A stretch of 63,853 bases of DNA, the filler included, from Folioceros fuciformis (lineage: Eukaryota), in the NCBI GenBank assembly GCA_049999805.1. It is 10 parts of 10 records of this genome, joined end to end, with 100 filler letters (N's around TTAATTAATTAA, not from the genome) between each part and the next. Parts side by side here need not be neighbours in the genome. Positions count along the whole stretch, not along the records: positions 61,420 to 63,853 come from JBNGIO010001221.1; 9 more parts are not named here. One strand, 5' to 3'. The position numbers and the translations under genes are program-made. Shown piece after piece: positions 63,457 to 63,853 of the stretch (position 1 is the stretch's first letter; each line of letters opens with the position of its first letter). Below the pieces are notes generated by a model, which had not been told where the DNA came from, ran no database searches, and saw only the letters and a program-made list of their open reading frames with translations.

Positions 63457-63853
63457 TGTGGAGACCACATGGTGGATAGGCCCCTTAGAAAATGGGTGGT
63501 ATTTGTTTTTTTTGGAGTTTTGATAAAATTCCTTGGAGAGGTAATTAGAAAACTATGTTAGATAAGGCTAGATTAAATAGGATGATCAGAGATAGTGGTG
63601 GTGCAGTTCAGAAAGTCAACAATCGTCTAACTAGAACGGGGCCGTGGAAAATGTGAAGTAGGGGGTAGGTGTGCCCGTGGAGAGGGACGCCGGTGTGTAT
63701 GGAACCCTAAGTCGGGCGTGTGAGGGTGAGTTGGGGCCTCGGGAGCATGCGGAAGGCGGTTGGGCATAGTCATGGGGGTGGCGTGCTTAGACTTGCCATG
63801 GCCTTCCCCAGGTGCGCTGGGGGCTGAGGATCTTGAGAGCAGGCAGGCTGGGC

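Overview
Eukaryotic nuclear DNA from a land plant. The short (~50-200 nt) spliceosomal introns, tightly packed genes and plastid-targeted proteins suggest a compact-genome, probably seed-free lineage (inference). The window is ten contigs joined by nine artificial 100-bp N44-TTAATTAATTAA-N44 linkers. Host genes: a histidine-phosphatase/phosphoglycerate-mutase-like 5' end, a GT61 glycosyltransferase, an F-box protein, KAPP (FHA+PP2C), SEC22 (with a U12-type intron), the PBCP-type PP2C, a pyridoxamine-phosphate oxidase-like gene, exosome RRP41L/MTR3, PPD2, a UVR+SnoaL/NTF2 protein, the 3' part of UPF3, an OBERON4-like 5' end and two uncharacterised multi-exon genes. The rest is decayed Ty1/copia and Ty3/gypsy retrotransposons, LTRs and tandem repeats. 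The main finding is a degenerate Ty3/gypsy element (about 19.85-26.05 kb, minus strand). Its pol carries a C5-cytosine DNA methyltransferase domain (DNMT3-like motifs I, IV, VI, VIII, IX and X readable through stop codons) between the aspartic protease and the reverse transcriptase. A second finding is a highly divergent TBP-like pseudogene with no intron in the visible domain (37.6-38.3 kb). All assignments come from manual translation and motif recognition; no searches were run.
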